Assembly: GCA_963514005.1 (NCBI GenBank)
Contig: OY740807.1
Span: forward strand, 1,674,001-1,738,000
Direction: 5' to 3'
Source: Raja brachyura
Taxonomy: Eukaryota
Length of the DNA stretch: 64,000 nucleotides
This document shows positions 63,252 to 64,000 of this stretch, in pieces; position 1 is the first letter of the stretch, and the number at the start of each line of letters is the position of its first letter. Under the pieces are notes generated by a model. It saw only the letters and a program-made list of their open reading frames with translations, did no database searches and had not been told where the DNA came from. A program made the translations under genes and the position numbers.

Positions 63252-64000
63252 CAGGCACGTGCCGTGAGTAATGAGCCAGGGTAGGCAGTGGCTTTTAAAA
63301 ATCTTGAAAACCACGCATGCGCAGATGATTCTCTCCCCGGTGAGCTGTCAGCCGGGTTTTTTTTTTTAAACCTTCAAACTGCGCATGCGCAAAAATTGTG
63401 AAAACCGCGCATGCGCACTTTGTTCCCTTACCGGTAAACTGCCGATCGCCTTTTTAAAAATTCTTGGAAACCGCGCATGCGCACTTTGTTCCCTCCCGGT
63501 GAACTGCATTCGGCTTTTTTAAATCGTGGAAACCGCGCATGCGCACTTTGTTCCCTTACCGGTAAACTGCCGGTCGCCTTTTTAAAAATCTTGGAAACCG
63601 CGCATACGCACATTGCTCTCTCGACTTTTAACAAGTAATTTCTCTTCAATAGGTCCTATCTCTTAATAAAGTATTTAAAAACATATAGCTCAGATAAATG
63701 TACTTACCATATTATTTGTACACAAAATCCATTCTTCTCTCTTTGTTTGCAGCAAAAATATCCATCACTTTTTCATAGAAATTAGCAGTGGGACTTTGCT
63801 CCATCTGAGTAAATCTTTCCTTTTCAATAGAAATTAAAGCAAGTGATGAAAGCCTTTCATTGGACATTCTATTCCTGGTGAAGCTTTTAATTCTTTTCAA
63901 AGCTGAAAATGACCTCTCAACAGAAACTGTTGTCGCAGGAATTGTTAAAATTAATTGTTGCAGCTTCACGGCTTCAGGGAACGTTTGTTCCAATCCAATT
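63252..64000 (-). mobile_element. hAT DNA transposon 3' end (hATC dimerisation domain and subterminal repeats)
   Basis: ORF 63712..63993: LTIPATTVSVERSFSALKRIK...MSNERLSSLALISIE; about 63-bp repeats carrying GCGCATGCGC; CAGG terminus. Confidence 0.85.

Noticed and set aside
63300-63612. CRISPR-like repeat array
   Set aside because: Vertebrate DNA; the units are tandem repeats without unique spacers, inside a hAT end

Overview
Vertebrate genomic DNA, most likely from a skate or ray (inferred from the CR1/HER1-type LINEs, HE1-like tRNA SINEs, Penelope-like elements and Ig gene type). Most of the window is transposon-derived: many CR1 copies (one full-length with ORF1 and ORF2 both open), L1/Tx1, Penelope-like elements with hammerhead-like motifs, a Tc1 split by nested LINEs, hAT, Helitron, DIRS and Gypsy remnants. 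The only intact host gene I can support is an immunoglobulin light chain of the cartilaginous-fish sigma-cart (type I/NS5) class at 47305-49845 (+). It has three exons: leader, a V already fused in frame to J with no RSS (germline-joined), and C, giving a 245-aa protein. It lies in a CpG-rich stretch with a strong CTCF motif about 3.3 kb downstream. Other notable items are a truncated FAM110-family fragment next to duplicated hAT remnants, a miniature DIRS element that retains its ITR/ICR end structure, and an unidentified GC3-rich pseudo-exon ending near TTAGGG repeats. All calls were made by eye without database searches, and repeat boundaries are approximate.
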